Positions 23,301 through 37,393 of a DNA stretch of 64,000 bases are shown here, piece after piece. The stretch is from Euprymna scolopes (taxonomy: Eukaryota), in assembly GCA_053919585.1 (NCBI GenBank), contig CM132790.1. One strand, given 5' to 3'. The position numbers were made by a program, and so were the translations under genes. Position 1 is the stretch's first letter, and each line of letters begins with the position of its first letter. The notes below the pieces were generated by a model that saw only the letters and a program-made list of their open reading frames with translations, did not search any database and was not told where the DNA came from.

Positions 23301-26300
23301 GAGGAAGGGAGAAAAAACAGAAAGAGGGAGAGGAAGGGAGAAAAAACAGAAAGAGGGAGAGGAAGGGAGAAAAAACAGAAAGAGGGAGAGGAAGGGAGAA
23401 AAAACAGAAAGAGGGAGAGGAAGGGAGAAAAAACAGAAAGAGGGAGAGGAAGGGAGAAAAAACAGAAAGAGGGAGAGGAAGGGAGAAAAAACAAAGAGGG
23501 AGAGGAAGGGAGAAAAAACAAAGAGGGAGAGGAAGGGAGAAAAAACAGAAAGAGGGAGAGGAAGGGAGAAAAAACAGAAAGAGGGAGAGGAAGGGAGAAA
23601 ACCAGAAAGAGGGAGAGGAAGGGAGAAAAAACAGAAAGAGGGAGAGGAAGGGAGAAAAAACAGAAAGAGGGAGAGGAAGGGAGAAAAAACAGAAAGAGGG
23701 AGAGGAAGGGAGAAAAAACAGAAAGAGGGAGAGGAAGGGAGAAAAAACAGAAAGAGGGAGAGGAAGGGAGAAAAAACAGAAAGAGGGAGAGGAAGGGATA
23801 AAAAACAGAAAGAGGGAGAGGAAGGGAGAAAAAACAGAAAGAGGGAGAGGAAGAGAGAAAAAACAGAAAGAGGGAGAGGAAGGGAGAAAAAACAGAAAGA
23901 GGGAGAGGAAGAGAGAAAAACAGAAAGAGGGAGAGGAAGGGAGAAAAAACAGAAAGAGGGAGAGGAAGGGAGAAAAAACAGAAAGAGGGAGAGGAAGGGA
24001 GAAAAAACAGAAAGAGGGAGAGGAAGGGAGAAAAAACAGAAAGAGGGAGAGGAAGGGAGAAAAAACAAAGAGGGAGAGGAAGGGAGAAAAAACAAAGAGG
24101 GAGAGGAAGGGAGNNNNNNNNNNNNNNNNNNNNNNNNNNNNNNNNNNNNNNNNNNNNNNNNNNNNNNNNNNNNNNNNNNNNNNNNNNNNNNNNNNNNNNN
24201 NNNNNNNNNNNNNNNNNNNNNNNNNNNNNNNNNNNNNNNNNNNNNNNNNNNNNNNNNNNNNNNNNNNNNNNNNGGAGAAAAAACAGAAAGAGGGAGAGGA
24301 AGGGAGAAAAAACAGAAAGAGGGAGAGGAAGGGAGAAAAAACAGAAAGAGGGAGAGGAAGGGAGAAAAAACAAAGAGGGAGAGGAAGGGAGAAAAAACAG
24401 AAAGAGGGAGAGGAAGGGAGAAAAAACAGAAAGAGGGAGAGGAAGGGAGAAAAAACAGAAAGAGGGGGAGGAAGGGAGAAAAAACAGAAAGAGGGAGAGG
24501 AAGGGAGAAAAAACAGAAAGAGGGAGAGGAAGGGAGAAAAAACAGAAAGAGGGAGAGGAAGGGAGAAAAAACAGAAAGAGGGAGAGGAAGGGAGAAAAAA
24601 CAGAGGGAGAGGAAGGGAGAAAAAACAGAGGGAGAGGAAGGGAGAAAAAACAAAGAGGGAGAGGAAGGGAGAAAAAACAAAGAGGGAGAGGAAGGGAGAA
24701 AAAACAGAAAGAGGGAGAGGAAGGGAGAAAAAACAGAAAGAGGGAGAGGAAGGGAGAAAAAACAGAAAGAGGGAGAGGAAGGGAGAAAAAACAGAAAGAG
24801 GGAGAGGAAGGGAGAAAAAACAGAAAGAGGGAGAGGAAGGGAGAAAAAACAGAAAGAGGGAGAGGAAGGGAGAAAAAACAGAAAGAGGGAGAGGAAGGGA
24901 GAAAAAAACAGAAAGAGGGAGAGAGAGGAAGGGAGAAAAAACACAAAAAGGGGGAGAGAGGAAGGGAGAAAAAACACAAAAAGGGGGAGAGAGGAAGGGA
25001 GAAAAAACACAAAAAGGGGGAGAGAGGAAGAAAGAAAAAACACAAAAAGGGGGAGAGAGGAAGAGAGAAAAAACACAAAAAGGAGGAGAGAGGAAGAGAG
25101 AAAAAACACAAAAAGGGGGAGAGGAAGAGAGAAAAAACACAAAAAGGGGGAGAGAGGAAGGGAGAAAAAACACAAAAAGGGGGAGAGAGGAAGGGAGAAA
25201 AAACACAAAAAGGGGGAGAGAGGAAGAAAGAAAAAACACAAAAAGGGGGAGAGAGGAAGAGAGAAAAAACACAAAAAGGGGGAGAGAGGAAGAGAGAAAA
25301 AACACAAAAAGGAGGAGAGAGGAAGAGAGAAAAAACACAAAAAGGGGGAGAGGAAGAGAGAAAAAACACAAAAAGGGGGAGAGAGGTAGGGAAAAAAAAC
25401 ACAAAAAGGGGGAGACAGGTAGGGAGAAAAAACACAAAAAGGGGGAGAGAGGTAGGGAGAAAAAACACAAAAAGGGGGAGAGAGGAAGGGAGAAAAAACA
25501 CAAAAATGGGGAGAGAGAAAGGGAGAAAAAACACAAAAAGGGGGAGAGAGGAAGGGAGAAAAAACACAAAAAGGGGGAGAGGAAGAGAGAACAAACACAA
25601 AGAGGGGGAGAGAGGAAGAAAGAAAAAACACAAAAAGGAGGAGAGAGGAAGGGAGAAAAAACACAAAAAGGGGGAGAGAGGAAGGGAGAAAAAACACAAA
25701 AAGGGGGAGAGAGGAAGGGAGAAAAAACACAAAAAGGGGGAGAGAGGAAGGGAGAAAAAACACAAAAAGGGGGAGAGAGGAAGGGAGAAAAAACACAAAA
25801 AGGGGGAGAGAGGAAGGGAGAAAAAACACAAAAAGAGGGAGAGAGGAAGAGAGAAAAAACACAAAAAGGGGGAGAGAGGAAGAGAGAAAAAACACAAAAA
25901 GGGGGAGAGAGGAAGAGAGAAAAAACACAAAAAGGGGGAGAGAGGAAGGGAGAAAAAACACAAAAAGGGGGAGAGAGGAAGGGAGAAAAAACACAAAAAG
26001 GGGGAGAGAGGAAGGGAGAAAAAACACAAGAAGAGAGAAAAACAGAAAGAGGTAGAGGAAGGGAGAAAAAACAGAGAGGGAAAGGAAAGGAGAAAAACAG
26101 AGAGGGAAAGGAAGGGAGAAAAACAGAGAGGGAAAAGAAGGGAGAAAAACAGAGAGGGAAAGGAAGGGAGAAAAACAGAGAGGGAAAGGAAGGGAGAAAA
26201 AACAGAGAGGGAAAGGAAGGGAGAAAAAACAGAGAGGGAAAGGAAGGGAGAAAAAACAGAGAGGGAAAGGAAGGGAGAAAAAACAGAGAGGGAAAGGAAG

Positions 26301-28570
26301 GGAGAAAAAACAGAGAAAGGGGGAGAGAGGAAGGGAGAAAAAAACAGAGAAAGGGGGAGAGAGGAAGGGAGAAAAAACACAAAAAGGGGGAGAGAGGAAG
26401 GGAGAAAAAACACAAAAAGGGGGAGAGAGGAAGAGAGAAAAAACACAAAAAGGGGGAGAGAGGAAGAGAGAAAAAACACAAAAAGGGGGAGAGAGGAAGA
26501 GAGAAAAAACACAAAAAGGGAGAAGAGAGAAAAAACACAAAAAGGGAGAGAAGAAGAGAGAAAAAACACAAAAAGGGAGAGAGAGAGAGAAAACATAGAA
26601 ATGGGAGAGAGAGAGAGAAAACATAGAAATGGGAGAGAGAGAGAGAGAGAGAGAAAACATAGAAATGGGAGAGAGAGAAAAAACATAGAAATGGGAGAGA
26701 GAGAGAAAACATAGAAATGGGAGAAAGAGAAAAAAAAAACAGAAATGGGAGAGAGAGAGAGAGAAAAAACAGAAATGGGAGAGAGAGAGAAAAAAACAGA
26801 AATGGGAGAGAGAGAGGAAAAAACAGAAATGTGAGAGAGAGAGAGAAAAAAACAGAAATGGGAGAGAGAGAGAAAAAAACAGAAATGGGAGAGAGAGAGA
26901 AAAAAAAAACAGAAATGGGAGAGAGAGAGAGAGAAAAAAACAGAAATGGGAGAGAGAGAAAAAAAAACAGAAATGGGAGAGAGAGAAAAAAAACAGAAAT
27001 GGGAGAGAGAGAAAAAAAACAGAAATGGGAGAGAGAGAAAAAAAAACAGAAATGGGAGAGAGAGAAAAAAAACAGAAATGGGAGAGAGAGAGAAAAAAAC
27101 AGAAATGGGAGAGAGAGAAAAAAAACAGAAATGGGAGAGAGAGAAAAAAACAGAAATGGGAGAGAGAGAGAAAAAAAAACAGAAATGGGAGAGAGAGAGA
27201 AAAAAAAACAGAAATGGGAGAGAGAGAGAGAAAAACAGAAATGGGAGAGAGAGAAAAAAAACAGAAATGGGAGAGAGAGAAAAAAAACAGAAATGGGAGA
27301 GAGAGAAAAAAAACAGAAATGGGAGAGAGAGAGAGAAAAAAAACAGAAATGGGAGAGAGAGAGAGAAAAAAAAACAGAAATGGGAGGGAGAGAGAGAGAA
27401 AACAGAAAAGGGGAGAGAGAGAGTGAGAGAGAGAGAGTGAGAGAGAGAGAGAAAACAGAGAAAAGGAGGGAGAGAGAAAAAACAGAGAAAGGGAGAGAGA
27501 GAGAGAAAACAAAATGAGGGAGAGAGAGAGAAAAAAACAGAAAAACGGGAGAGTGAGAAAGAGAAAAAACACAAAACGGGAGAGTGAGAAAGAGAAAAAA
27601 CACAAAACGGGGGGGGAGAAAAACACAAAATGGGGGAGAGAGAGAGGAAAAAACACAAAATGGGGGAGAGAGAGAGGAAAAAACACAAAATGGGGGAGAG
27701 AGAGAGGAAAAAACACAAAATGGGGGAGAGAGAGAGGAAAAAACACAAAATGGGGGAGAGAGAGAGGAAAAAACACAAAATGGGGGAGAGAGAGAGGAAA
27801 AAACACAAAATGGGGGAGAGAGAGAGGAAAAAACACAAAATGGGGGAGAGAGAGAGGAAAAAACACAAAATGGGGGAGAGAGAGAGGAAAAAACACAAAA
27901 TGGGGGAGAGAGAGAGAGGAAAAAACACAAAATGGGGGAGAGAGAGAGGAAAAAACACAAAATGGGGGAGAGAGAGAGGAAAAAACACAAAATGGGGGAG
28001 AGAGAGAGGAAAAAACACAAAATGGGGGAGAGAGAGAGGAAAAAACACAAAATGGGGGAGAGAGAGAGGAAAAAACACAAAATGGGGGAGAGAGAGAGGA
28101 AAAAACACAAAATGGGGGAGAGAGAGAGGAAAAAACGCAAAATGGGGGAGAGAGAGAGGAAAAAACACAAAATGGGGGAGAGAGAGAGGAAAAAACACAA
28201 AATGGGGGAGAGAGAGAGGAAAAAACACAAAATGGGGGAGAGAGAGAGGAAAAAACACAAAATGGGGGAGAGAGAGAGGAAAAAAACACAAAATGGGGGA
28301 GAGAGAGAGGAAAAAAACACAAAATGGGGGAGAGAGAGAGGGAAAAAACACAAAATAGGGGAGAGAGAGAGGAAAAAACACAAAATAGGGGAGAGAGAGA
28401 GGAAAAAACACAAAATAGGGGAGAGAGAGAGGAAAAAACACAAAAAGGGGGAGAGAAAGAAAACAGAGAAAGAAAAAAAAACAGAAAAGAAACAAATAGA
28501 GGAAGAGAGAGAGAGTAATTGTAAGAGACAGAGAAAGGAAGAAGGAATAGCGACAAAAAGGAAATGAAGA
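20340..28570. repeat. ~8.2-kb layered polypurine/polypyrimidine tandem array (24-33-bp units)
   Basis: Blocks of 28/29-bp (A5-6 CAGAAAGAGGGAGAGGAAG(A/G)GAG), 33-bp, 27-bp, variable AACAGAAATGG(GA)n and 30-bp units. The + strand is almost devoid of T. Confidence 0.98.
24114..24273. other. Assembly gap (160 N) inside the satellite
   Basis: Run of N flanked by the same 29-bp unit. Confidence 1.
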
Positions 28571-29414
28571 AAAAAGGGGTGCAAAATGCAAACTTTATTC
28601 ACCCTACTGCCCGACTCCATCTATTTATCTTGTCTTTTCATGGCATCTGCTTAAGAAGACCCGAACGTGGGCTGGGGATGTTTTTCATAACAGTGGTCAT
28701 TTTGTGAAGAGACAAACTCTACGATTGTGTTGACTCTTGTAAAAAGTTGGCACCAAATAAACAGGTTAACAGTTCCAACTGGGTAGTTACTTATAAAAGA
28801 CACAGGACACAACATCATTACAGAGGAGATACGCTGATAAAGCAAATTATATTTGGATTACACAAACAAATTAAAATCCTTATCATTTGCATTGCATCCA
28901 CTAAAGACGTCTAAGTAGCAACAGTATACAGTTTAACAAGAATGAGATCATGCAATTCAGTATTTTAAAGTTGATTTAATTAGTTGAAATTAGAATAAAA
29001 AATACTTCAGATTTTCTGAATGCTTATATAAAAAGATTAATTATTCGACAGAAAAAAATATTCAACATAAATTATGATTATTAATTTTCTTTTGGTAATA
29101 TGTACATATGCAACTAGCTTTATTTTTCTGTCTTTTGACTTAATTTTCTTTGCAAGATGATAAAATAATTTTTTTTAAATATATTTTAAAAGAATTATAT
29201 TCAATTTTCCATTTTTTCATGAACATTTTTTTCAATACTTTAAATCGTAAAGCAATAAAAAAAAAATAAGAGAAAAAAGACTTAAACTAAATGTGAACAT
29301 TTTATATCTTTATAAAGTTTCGGTTTTATTGAAATAAGCAAACATAATATTTATAAAGAAGAAATAATTTCATAATCCCAACAAATTCATTAAAATTAGA
29401 ATGAATAGATAAGT

Positions 29415-29650
29415 CTCGTTTGGCATAATGATTAGTGTTCGCTAATGGGCCAGAAGATCTGTGTTCAATCCTCGGTTAAGTCATCCAATAGACTGAAAAC
29501 TGTACTTGATCCCCCTTTACTAAATACTCAGCATTATAAGCTGAGGCCAAGAGTAAGTAGCGCAATCTAGGAAAAGTGACGCCCTCCCCTACCCATTGAT
29601 GTAGTAGGCAGTGAAAGGAGAATTTTTAGGTTGCTCTTTACAACTGATCC
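29415..29650 (+). mobile_element. tRNA-derived SINE, central region resembling the Meta domain
   Basis: A-box-like TGGCATAATGATTAG and B-box-like GTGTTCAATCC, then GTCATCCAATAGACTGAAAACTGTACTTGAT...ACTCAGCATTATAAG. Confidence 0.6.
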
Positions 29651-29879
29651 ATTATTTGTGATTTAGTTTATGGAAAAACTTAATTCTAGACAAGTTGCTC
29701 GTTACCAATTCATTCAATTGAATACTAATTAAAAGATCTTTGAAATAATGATGATGGTTTGTAATTTTAATGCAATACAATTGAAACCATGAATTTCAAA
29801 ATGCTAAGTAATTTTATATCAAATCTAGAAATGTTTTTAAATGATTAATATCATAAATCTATAGACTCCCAGCGGTTTA

Positions 29880-30125
29880 TGAGTCTTAAAGAAAGATTTA
29901 AATCTAGACAGGATAAGATGTGAACAGAATATTAGACTTTGATGGTATAGCTACATTGAAAAAAATGGATAAGAATTCTTGTTTCTGTAGATGTAGAACA
30001 GTTGAGGTCGTAGTCATTTCACAGAGGAAAGCTAAGGGAAATATGTGTGGAAATAATAAGGATGAACTTGACAGGAAAAAAAAAAAAAGATAAATAAAGA
30101 CCTGGTCAGAGATAGATTAGTTTGA
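29880..30125 (+). mobile_element. RTE-clade LINE 3' remnant
   Basis: RLNLDRIRCEQNIRL*WYSYIEKMDKNS-like translation; similar to 57737-58090. Confidence 0.55.
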
Positions 30126-32083
30126 AATTTCTAAAAGCAATTCTATTGCAATGATACCAGTTGTTGTATCTTAACCCTGGTATGAGTTATTGAAAATAAA
30201 TGAGCATATAGCATATGGAGGCAAGAAAGGCAGACGAAGAAGTTTATGTCCGCAGAGTCAAGAGAGGTAGCCAGTTCTTGTTTCCGGAGCTGTTGTATTG
30301 TTGATTACTGGTGATGACAGGAGCAGTGTTGCTGCTTGATTGTTGAGAAGATCGCAATGGCAGTGGTTGTGCTGCTGATTGTTGAAGGATGGTATTGGCA
30401 CTGCTGCTTGACTGTTTAAAAGATGGTGACGGTGCTACTGCTGATTGTTGTGAAGTTGTTAACGATGATGATCATGCTCTTCAAAGCCTGGGCACACACT
30501 ACTACTGCTTTTGGTACCAGGTTGAATTTATTCTTTACACACGAACATAGTTTAAGACACAAAAGCCTTGGATAGTAGAGAGTTGTTTATTTTTATCTCA
30601 AGTTGTGTTAGTTTCTGTGTCTTGACGCATGGTAAGGAGTTTGTTTAGAGGCTATGTTCACTTGTCTGTTTCAGATTAATGCTGATAAATTTGTGGATAT
30701 ATTTGAATAAAAATGATACTCCCATGGTGTCCCTTGAATTAATTATTTGTACCAATACACATCCTGAGAGACCCCTTGATTGTTTTTAAACCAGATAGTC
30801 CTTTCTCGTATTTTTTTTTTTTTTTTTTGCTGAAATGAATTCTGAATTGTACTGATAACATGGACATAGAAAAAAGTCTTTGATGGCCTCGTATGCATTA
30901 AATATGCCTGATTGGTTTATGTCAACGAACAGGGCTCATTTCTAGTGCCACCATTGCTGTCATAATCACTGCTCCTGCTGTATTTTGTTGGTACAACTAT
31001 TTAGATTTTGCATATGTAGATCTGGAGAGATATGCAATATCACAAGTTCAATACATGCCAACAATTAAAAGAGACATTAAAGCGAATATGATGATACAAC
31101 TGGTCGGTTGGAATCAAAACATGCTGCAGTCGTATGGAGATCGAATGTTTCAATATCAAGTTTAATTACACCAAAGATTTGATTCCCTACAACAAATTCA
31201 AAATGTTTCCTAATCTCCGTCATCCTCAATGTTATTTCTAATAATTTGGACTATGTGAATGATTTGCTTTTTCCAAGAGAGTGAAAACTTGACTAACCAT
31301 TGTGATATCCAATAATTTATGGAATCAGATGCTGGTAGAAATAATAGCTTTACATCATCAGAATCTGTTTGACAAGAATCAGTTTTGTTTTAGTTTTTAG
31401 GAAGGGGGCAAAAAACAACAAGGAATATATTTTCTAAAATTATCTTTCAAATGTCGGTTTTGCAAAATATGTACGACCAAAATTATTCCCGAGCAATGTA
31501 TGCCTGACTGCTCCTGCTGTTTGTCATATAAAAACAACATGAATCAGCAGGAGCAGAATCCGACATTTAGTCCTGCCTGATTTAGATTGTACATAAGCGT
31601 GTTTACTAAAATTGTATGACTAAATTATGTACGATTATTTGCTCCTGCTCCTAATTTGCTATTAAAGCAAATTTTACACGACCCAGCTACTGGGTTTGTC
31701 AGCGCAAAATATCAAAAATTTGTTGTGGTATTATTAAAATAAACAATAAAATGAATTTATTCAAATTTAAATTGAGAGGTTATTTTTGGCAAATATATTT
31801 TTAAATTCATATAAAAAGTATTTACAAAAATAAATATTTTTTTTTTTAATATTATTTTTTCCAATTCTGTGTGCCATTTTTCCCCGTTTTTTTTTTTTTT
31901 TTTTTTTTCATTAAAAATTTTTGTAAAAAAATAAGCAAGTTTAATTTTTAGATTAGTCGTGGCTTGGGAGGTTTGGGGGGGGGGTTAATTCCGAAAGGCA
32001 TTTTCTTATTTTCACCCTCCTCATGTTAGGAACGGCTTTTGGAATAAACACCCTTTGCAGGTTGGAATAACAGTGCACATTGA

Positions 32084-32117
<34 letters not shown>

Positions 32118-32189
32118 AGGAATGAACCAGTCGCGTTATCATAAAACAAAACTTTATGCAATAATATTTAAAAAAAAAAAAAAAAAAGT

Positions 32190-32900
32190 GAAGCATGCAT
32201 TATCCCCATGAGTGCACAGTGAACGAGGCATAAAAAATGACTAAATTCAGCATCCCCCCTTTCATTTAGCCCCAAAAGTCCCCAGGGAATGTCAAATCCT
32301 GGTGAAAATGAACAAACGGTGCAGTTTTAGGCCTTAACATATGTAAATTTGAGTTCTGCACCATGCAAAAAAAGAAATGACTAAGTCCATCATTTGCTCC
32401 CCCCTGTTTAGCCCCAAAAGTCCCCAAGGCCTTAACATATTTAAATTTGAGTTCAGCACCATGCAAAACTGCTAATAAAGACAGGCACAGAAAATTTTGG
32501 ACAAATATGGTAAAATAGTCCCCAAAATGGAGGGGTTTTTTATTAGCCCTAAAAGAGCCCCCAGGGCACACCCAAGAGTTATCGTGAGGTATAGACAAAC
32601 AAAATTATATAGAAATTAGTTAGTTACAACTATTTTTATTAAAATGCAAGGCATCAATTTTTTTAATAAGCACAAAAGTGTCAATTTTAGCCATTTTAAA
32701 CCGAAAGGAACCCCTGGGGGGGGGGGGGGCCGAGTTTTCCCGGAAAATCTGTTGTTACTTTTTTTACTCATATCATGTTTAATGTTTGTGCAAAATTTCC
32801 AAAAATTCCAAGGCATATTTATCGAGAAAAGTGCGGACAGACGGACGGACAAGGGTGAATTTACAGGCCCACCCTCCTTTTGTTGGGGGGGGGGGACAAA
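32190..32900 (-). mobile_element. HINE/DINE-1-like (Helentron-associated) element
   Basis: Minus strand starts TTTTTGTCCCCC...CCCTTGTCCGTCCGTCTGTCCG (GTCC microsatellite); internal repeated TTTAGCCCCAAAAGTCCCCA / GGCCTTAACATAT cores; ends in a T-run. Confidence 0.6.
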
Positions 32901-33937
32901 AAACAAATGTGACACAATTAACGTTATTAAGTTATGAAAAGGATTGTAGGCGAGGACTTCCATTTTTCATTCTAACAACATTTCCAAGTTTCAAACATTA
33001 CAAAAAATAAACATTCTATTTCAGTCACCAAAATAATTTCAGATCTGGTACATATTACATTTTTATTAATACATGTGCTATATTCATGCGTTTATCAGCT
33101 AACAAATAGGTACTTATGCAAAATACAGACCATGCTAAAATAATGTTATTTAGAAATCTATTCTTAACACGGGAGGTGAGAGCTTTTTGTAACTATTATG
33201 TACTTTGAACTAACATTTTAATACACAAACAATACCATATAAAGTTAAATTTAACTTGAACATCATATCTAAAAGAAATAGCACATTCCGTATTCTGCAT
33301 ACAAAAACATATCTAAACCAATGCCACAAATCAGGATTCCATACAATGAAGAACAGGGTGCTCCTTCCTTTGATCAGGCTTGGAACAAAACACAAAATTA
33401 GTCATGGTCGCCTTTTGACCAATAGTTACAGCCACTGATCAACAGTTATTAAGGCAGCCAGTGCTCACTACTCACCACAGGTAAACACCAATACCTGCAA
33501 GTAACCACCTCAAAGCAACAGTGTTTGTCATGAAATGACAGTACCACCTTAAAAGAACAATGACCACTGTGAATGATAGTGTCTGAGAATTGAAAACAGG
33601 CAATTTTTCCACCAGTGTCCACCCCTTGAATTGTCTAGTGTCCACCCAAGAATTGGCAGTAGCCACCTGAAAAGTAATTGCCTCAAATTGCCAGTAACCA
33701 CTAATGCTGACAATGACAACCAGTGGCTTCAGTAGCTACCAATGCCAGACAATGTCCGACAGTGGAAACCAGATGATTTCATTCTGAACATGGCCACTAG
33801 TATCTGCTATTTTCCAGGGCCGACAGTGGCCCTCACTAACAACCGTAGTTTAATTTGTTTTCAGAGAGAGAGAGAGAGAGAGGGGGGGGGTATTTACTGC
33901 CTCTGTTCTGGCTTTGTGTCATACTTCCACCAGGCAA

Positions 33938-34045
33938 TGCTGGTACATCGTACTGCTAGTAGTTTTATAATTTTGCTGGTACATCGTACTGCTAGTAGTT
34001 TTATAATTTTGTTGGTACATCGCACTGCTAGTAGTTTTATAACTT
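33938..34045. repeat. 36-bp tandem repeat x3
   Basis: Unit TGCTGGTACATCGTACTGCTAGTAGTTTTATAATTT. Confidence 0.95.
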
Positions 34046-34305
34046 TGGTGGTTAAATAATTTAATGACCAAACAATACCATAAAAATTTAATTTAACTTC
34101 ATTTTTTACCTATTTAAAAAATAATTGGTATGAAAAAATTTTTTAAAACAGCATAATTAAAAAAGAAAAAAATATTTTGGAAAAAAAGGCTAAACAAAAA
34201 TGTAAGTAAAAAGACTCAGAAAACGCAGGTTCATCGTGATACAATACTTAGCAAAAATTAAAATACGTTTTCATTTAAAATTTCAATGCAGAATGCAAAA
34301 TCTGG

Positions 34306-35508
34306 TTTTTTTTTTTGGTTTTTTTTTACATAGGCATCACCACATTATCAAGGCCAAGAGGCCACTCAAGGATGAGGGTTAAAGATTGTACATTAGAAAT
34401 TGGACAATATAGTAATCATTAGTAATGAAAATTTGGAAAATTTGATAACTTATATGGAACGGCTCATCAAGAACTTATTTACGTTAGACTTGAAGACAAC
34501 CATATTGTAGTCAGCCGGAAAGCAGGAAAATGGAAGACAATTCCACAGGTGTGCAGTTCTAAGAAAGGAGCTTTGTTCATGGAATCTACGTTTAGGTTTA
34601 GGCACAGATAAAGAGTGGGGGTAATTATTGATAGTGTTTACAGCTAGACGAGTGTTTCTTGTGAAAGTTTGGCGAGAGGGGACCATAGATTGAAGCTCAG
34701 TCGAACACTTTCCATGAAAATAACGATACATCAGAGACAAACTCGCAACATCTCTTCTGTGAGATAGAGGTTGCAAGGAAGAGAAAAGGACATCTCCTAC
34801 GAGGCTACGAAGTCTATTTTGAACTTTATCAAGGCAGGACAAGTCCTTTCTAGCAGCTCCTGTCCAGATGTGGCAACAGTATTCCATCCTTGGACGTACC
34901 TGGCTCTTATATAGATAGAGAATAGCATCAGCAGTGAGATATTTACCGGATCGATAGAAAGATCCCACCATTTTTCCAGCGGCCTTGGCAACAGATTTGA
35001 TGTACGTGTTCCATTTAAGATCAGGAGTAATGGTCAAGCCCAGAAGCTTGTCAAAACTTGAGGCCTCCTGAAGACGAGAGCCATTCATTTCAATTGATGC
35101 CAGATGTGGATCAGAATGTTGATGATGTAAAGAGAGAAGCTTGGTTTTAGATGCATTAAAAGTAACCAGCCACTCCTTACCCCATTGTACTACGTGCTCA
35201 AGATCAGAGGAGAGAGAATTGGAGAGAACTTGGTCGTTTACTGTCTTAGATGTGCTACCATAAATGGCAGTGTCGTCAGCATAGATGTCTACAAATGATG
35301 TAAGGATGTGATTTGGAAGATCATTAATATAGATCAGGAAAAGAGTTGTGCCCAGGATGGATCCCTGAGGGACACCGGCATTAATACTGTGAGCTTCTGA
35401 TTTTTGCCCCTCAACTACTACTCTTATGAACCTATCAGAAAGAAATGATTTAATAATTAAGACATTTCCAGCAATACCATAGCTAGAGATCTTATGAAGT
35501 AAACCCTT
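34306..35508 (-). mobile_element. 5'-truncated CR1-group LINE, same family as 1-1085
   Basis: KGLLHKISSYG...GVPQGSILGTTLFLIYINDLP...YADD, then track ORF 34450-35088, a shared 3' UTR motif and poly(A). Confidence 0.95.
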
Positions 35509-36392
35509 CAGCTGAGCTAATCAACATTGTCAAAGTGTCAAAGGGTTTTTTTTCCTACTTTAATTATGCAAAATATGTTAAAATATTATTAGTTCAGGAT
35601 TAGGTTATGTTTTAAAGAAACTTTAATTTTCATACTTTTGTCATGAAGCCTCCCACCATCTATATATTGAGAAATGTTACTAATTCCAATTTGGAAAAAC
35701 ATTGGACTTTTCATGTAAAAATCCTGTGAATTGGATGTTTTCCTGCCGTTCATCAATGTCCAACAGTTTAGCTTTTACAACACTTTACAATAAACCAACA
35801 CACTAGACTTCAAGAATTGGCTGAGAATTATGTAAATATGGTCAGTTAACACCCCAGTTATTTTTACCTGGAATAAATTTGGCCAGTAACTTACTCTGGC
35901 CATTGTTTACTTGGTGGAAATTATGAAACAATGAAAGAGATTGAGCAACTTTGTCGTCATTTCAGGACAACGAGCTGGAGGGGGGGGGGTCAGAAAGCTC
36001 CCTCTCCCTCTGTAACCTATCGTCAAGCCCTTAAGCAATACAACTTAAAAGCAGTAATTAAACTGCCCTTTTCAGGGCAACAATATCTAACTACTAAATG
36101 CTACTTAATCGACTCTTTTCAGGGGAACTATTACAAACTACAATGATCAAAACTCCACTTTATCTCAGCCTGCCTCTCAACTTCAGCCCATTCGAACAGC
36201 ACTTGCTACATCTTCTTCCAGCAACTCCTGTTCCAACTTTTGACTACGTTGTGTGATGTCATTTTATGCTATCCAGGTTCCAGAGATGTCATTCCTGTCA
36301 ATCCAGCCATCCTACTTCCAGAAATGTCATCAATCCTCCAGTTCTTTTCCATTATTTCCTCTTGGACTTGTGAGGTGCAATAAATACAACCT

Positions 36393-36740
36393 CTATTTTA
36401 TTTTTACAATGTTCATATTTTATTTTTACAATGTTCATATTAGTTTTAACAATGTTTATATTTTATTTTTACAATGTTTATATTTTATTTTTACAATGTT
36501 CATATTTTATTTTTACAATGTTCATATTTTATTTTTACAATGTTCATATTTTATTTTTACAATGTTCATATTTTATTTTTACAATGTTCATATTTTATTT
36601 TTACAATGTTCATATTTTATTTTTACAATGTTCATATTTTATTTTTACAATGTTCATATTTTATTTTTACAATGTTCATATTTTATTTTTACAATGTTCA
36701 TATTTTATTTTTACAATGTTCATATTAGTTTTAACACAGT
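36393..36740. repeat. 22-bp minisatellite (~15 copies)
   Basis: Unit ACAATGTTCATATTTTATTTTT; explains the three overlapping repetitive ORFs in the track. Confidence 0.95.
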
Positions 36741-37074
36741 TCATCTGTGTGTGTTCTCTCTTTGCCATTTCCATTACTTTTTGCCTACTTTCTTAGTTAT
36801 ACAACTGACCACTCAGGTGATTGACTCCTGCAACACTTCTAGTCACACATTTCTCACTTCAAGGATGGTTTATAAGGAGTAAAATTTTTGTTTGGATGGA
36901 TGAATAATGCTTACATATATTGGCAAGTTGAAATGCAAATTGTTCATTTCAAATTGCCAAAATATGTTTACTTCATTCTGCGCATTACCAAATTCAATTC
37001 ATTTCTTCAAGTCATTTAATATCAAACCTTTCTTACCTATTTCTCGGAAACTACATCAATAGTAGATGTTGATG

Positions 37075-37230
37075 GAGCGCTAAATGCTTTGGTTTCAATT
37101 CTAGCTGATGACACCCAAGTCCTCTTTATTTTTAAAAACTTAAAATCACTACTATACATTAGGTTAGCTTTGTAATAATAAATATAAAATCTGCATGAAT
37201 CAAAATATATTTAAGCATATTTTACGAATT
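37075..37230 (+). mobile_element. Fragment of the Helitron family seen at 16284-16864
   Basis: GCTAAATGCTTTGGTTT..ATTCTAG.TGATG.CACCCAAGT and ATCACTACTATA are shared. Confidence 0.65.
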
Positions 37231-37393
37231 AACTAAAAGTGAAAATAATAATAGCCAAGGTTGTGACTCAACGGGTCACAGATACATAAGTAAACCAAAG
37301 CCAAAATTCATTTTTCACAGGCAAAAAAGAGACAAGAAGAGCAATATACAAAGCTAAGAAGAAAGCTGAGAAAGCCAAGTTTTCCAGACATAC

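Noticed and set aside
20108-28620. Three ~2800-aa minus-strand ORFs and many R/E/K/G-rich plus-strand ORFs
   Set aside because: The array has almost no T on + (no A on -), so stop codons cannot form. All frames are open, many units are not multiples of 3, and the ORFs run through an N gap.
30163-30761. LTR-like block (TGTTG...ACA, AATAAA, internal GCTGCT repeats)
   Set aside because: No TSD, no partner LTR and no internal domains; the boundaries could not be supported.
36253-36882. 209-aa hydrophobic ORF and overlapping ORFs
   Set aside because: They are translations of the 22-bp minisatellite.
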